A stretch of DNA of 64,000 nt from Saprospiraceae bacterium (GTDB taxonomy: Bacteria; Bacteroidota; Bacteroidia; Chitinophagales; Saprospiraceae): assembly GCA_046329435.1 (NCBI GenBank), contig JAXLUR010000012.1, positions 24,051-88,050 on the forward strand, in the 5' to 3' direction. Below, piece after piece: positions 61,948 through 64,000 of this stretch. The position numbers and the translations under genes are program-made. The notes under the pieces were generated by a model that made no database searches, was not told the origin of the DNA, and saw only the letters and a program-made list of their open reading frames with translations. Each line of letters begins with the position of its first letter. Within the stretch, counting starts at the first letter, position 1.

Positions 61948-62382
61948 TCAAACTTCGAAAGTCACGACAAAACAATCGCCTTCAGAGCGAATTGGATAGC
62001 AGCCCGGCTGCAATACATTGCTCGACAAATGCATGGCTTGCGCCAGCGCACCCGGCAGTTCGCAGCTTTGCGGCAAGTGAAAAACATCGTAGCGGAAATA
62101 GTTGCGCAACAAATGGCTGCACAAATCGCTCCGGCGAAAACGAGCGACCAGGGTTTGCGGGTCAGGAGCAGATAAAGCAGCGCGGGAGCGGCGGCATTCG
62201 CGAGGGCCGGCAGCCGAAGGCATATCGGCGATGGCTTCTATTTTGCAAATGCCGGTACCTGCACAATCTTCGCGGGGAGAGCCGAAAATGACGTCGGCGA
62301 GAATAAAATCAGGCAGGATCGAAACAATTGCCCGGGGCCTTTCGGCCTGCAGGCTGAAACCGGTTGTTGAGCTATGAAACAT
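61948..62382 (-). CDS. hypothetical protein (Cys-containing, no family recognised)
   Basis: 144-aa ORF bracketed by a terminator downstream and a 125-nt divergent intergenic region upstream. It contains FGSPREDCAGTGICKIEAI. Confidence 0.5.
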   Translation of the reverse strand: MFHSSTTGFSLQAERPRAIVSILPDFILADVIFGSPREDCAGTGICKIEAIADMPSAAGPRECRRSRAALSAPDPQTLVARFRRSDLCSHLLRNYFRYDVFHLPQSCELPGALAQAMHLSSNVLQPGCYPIRSEGDCFVVTFEV

Positions 62383-62507
62383 AGTGTTGTTAGTGGTTGA
62401 TTAAAGGCAGGAGTGAAAAAGGATTAAAGGATTCCTGATCGCGTTTTTATCAATAACTATTCCAAAATCCATGTTGTTTCCACGAGGCTGTAACCTTTTG
62501 TCACAAA

Positions 62508-63221
62508 ATGCCATCAGACGCGACAAAACAATTGAACACAATGACGACAACAGCTGCCAGCATCCGCCCGAGGATGTACGACATTCCCCACAAGGGCCTG
62601 CGCAATGCCCTTGCCCATTTTTCCCTGCTCGCCGGCAATACCGACTACCGCGATTCCTTTGCCATTGCCCAATTGCACCGCCTCGGCCAGGAAGTTTTTA
62701 CCATGCTCGACGAACACGCGGAGGGCGAAAACTCCGTATTGCTCGCTGAACTGGAACTCCGCCACCCCGGCGCCGGGCGACACAACTTCGACGACCACGA
62801 CCAGATCGAACAACAACAGGCCGCTCTGGCGCAGTCGCTCGACACCTTGCTGACGCTTTCTAAAACCGGCGCCAATCTCCGCCTCGAAGGCGAACAGTTT
62901 TTCCATCGGCTCAACCAGTTTTACAGTGCCTATATGCAGCACATGGAAGAGGAAGAAGAAGATACCCAGGCTGAACTCTGGGCTCATTTTACCGACGAAG
63001 AACTGGAAGGACTCACCCGCCGCATCATCGCGCACATCAAGCCCGAAGTGATGCTTTTGTGGGTCAAATGGTCGGCGCCCGCGCTGCCGCACACCGAGCG
63101 CAGCGCCTGGATGCGCGCCATGAAAGCCGGCGCTCCTGCGCCGTTCTTTGCACAGGTGATGGCTACGCTGGAAGCGGCGTTACCGCCGCTCGATCTTGAA
63201 ATGCTGAAGGGGGAATTATAA
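62508..63221 (+). CDS. hemerythrin-like (HHE cation-binding) domain protein
   Basis: 237 aa. The spaced H/E motifs are IPHKGLRNAL, EHAEGENSVLLAELE, DDHDQIEQ and QHMEEEEEDTQAELWAHFTDEEL. The start could be the internal MTTTAAS or MYDIPHKG. Confidence 0.6.
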   Translation: MPSDATKQLNTMTTTAASIRPRMYDIPHKGLRNALAHFSLLAGNTDYRDSFAIAQLHRLGQEVFTMLDEHAEGENSVLLAELELRHPGAGRHNFDDHDQIEQQQAALAQSLDTLLTLSKTGANLRLEGEQFFHRLNQFYSAYMQHMEEEEEDTQAELWAHFTDEELEGLTRRIIAHIKPEVMLLWVKWSAPALPHTERSAWMRAMKAGAPAPFFAQVMATLEAALPPLDLEMLKGEL

Positions 63222-63232
63222 ACCGCTACTAC

Positions 63233-63291
63233 ACTTCTGCGTTCGATATTCGGTGTTTTTTATTAAAAACTTGAATGTCGAACGCAGAAGT
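63233..63291. repeat. palindromic intergenic element, copy B (19-bp stem)
   Basis: acttctgcgttcgatattc-ggtgttttttattaaaaactt-gaatgtcgaacgcagaagt includes one G-U pair. It shares its core and outer-arm pattern with copy A at 42676-42740. It also lies between convergent genes and abuts the stop of the minus-strand gene. Confidence 0.75.
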
Positions 63292-63959
63292 CAAAACTTT
63301 GAAAAACGGCGAATCATCGGGTAAGCCAGCGTCGTATCGGTCGCCTTGCGTTCGAGTTCCTGAAAACCGCCGGCCCCGATTTTGTACACAAAACTGGAAT
63401 CCTCGCAGGTGATCGAATCCAGGTCTTCTTCATCTTCGGGCGAGCAGAGCGTTTCAAATTGATAAGCTGTCCAGCCTTCGGGGCTTCGGCAGAGTAAAGT
63501 TCCGAGGCTATGCGAATCGCCTGCGTCGCCCCATTCAATGGCGGCTTCGAGGCTTTTCACCGTTTTGCCAATTTGCCGGTCGAATAAATAAATCCGGATG
63601 GCATTGTCCCAATACTCGTAAGGTTCGCGAAAAATCAAGCCCTCGGTTTGCTCATCGATGCGAAACCGGAAACAGGCATGCAGGTTGCTGTCGTCGCCAT
63701 TGACGAAGCGCATTACATCGGGCGCATCGATAAAGGCATACCAGGTCGAATCCAGTTTTTGTCCCCAATAACCGGCCAGTTCTACTTCCTCTTCGACATT
63801 ACCCGTTTCGATCCAGATCGTGTCTGTCGTTAACTCGGAAAACAGGGAAAGGAATTGGTCGGCAGGCGTCGGAACAGGCTTATGCGGCGCTGTTTGTTTC
63901 GACTGGCAGGCGCCGAGCAGGCAAAACAGCAGTACGCTAACGGACCATTTCATCATCAA
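63291..63959 (-). CDS. hypothetical lipoprotein
   Basis: 222 aa with MMMKWSVSVLLFCLLGAC (lipobox). I recognise no family. Confidence 0.6.
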   Translation of the reverse strand: MMMKWSVSVLLFCLLGACQSKQTAPHKPVPTPADQFLSLFSELTTDTIWIETGNVEEEVELAGYWGQKLDSTWYAFIDAPDVMRFVNGDDSNLHACFRFRIDEQTEGLIFREPYEYWDNAIRIYLFDRQIGKTVKSLEAAIEWGDAGDSHSLGTLLCRSPEGWTAYQFETLCSPEDEEDLDSITCEDSSFVYKIGAGGFQELERKATDTTLAYPMIRRFSKF

Positions 63960-64000
63960 TTATTGAATTCTGCCCGGTTCCGCTTCACGAATCAGGTTGA

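Overview
This is a GC-rich chromosomal segment (hand-counted 100-nt samples of typical genes give about 53-59% GC). It most likely comes from a member of Bacteroidota. Support for that: a PorP/SprF T9SS protein, a T9SS C-terminal-sorting cargo protein, long-form YidC, TAnnTTTG -7 promoter boxes, and starts without Shine-Dalgarno sequences. All protein identifications come from reading motifs in the ORF-track translations; I ran no database search. The content is mostly housekeeping. It includes POT and OPT peptide transporters, the alternative polyamine pathway (carboxynorspermidine dehydrogenase and decarboxylase), YidC, threonine aldolase, an ATE/Bpt-family aminoacyl-transferase, an OmpR-type response regulator, DUF72, Ppk1, tRNA-Gly(GCC) and tRNA-Leu(UAA), and RNase R. 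It also includes LolA, a pheA-aminotransferase-tyrA-DAHP synthase/chorismate mutase operon, ProC, isoaspartyl peptidase, HolA, MurI, two OmpH/Skp paralogues, HutH, Nnr and Mrp/ApbC. I saw no CRISPR array, rRNA, transposase, integrase or prophage. The most interesting items are these. (1) A compositionally foreign islet (about 36-37% GC in hand-counted samples) at 9.76-11.47 kb encodes an ABC/AAA_21-type (DUF3696-like) ATPase plus a 162-aa PIN-like protein, which is a candidate ATPase-nuclease defence module of a type I cannot name. (2) An unannotated 30-codon Phe/Tyr-rich leader ORF, followed by an intrinsic terminator directly upstream of pheA, looks like a classical attenuator. (3) A 619-aa membrane protein combines an EAD-like N-terminal helical domain with a C-terminal thrombospondin-type-3 motif. 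(4) Two copies of a roughly 60-nt palindromic intergenic element sit between convergent gene pairs. (5) A secreted protein is built from 21-nt (heptad D-R-A-E-N-K-x) tandem repeats.
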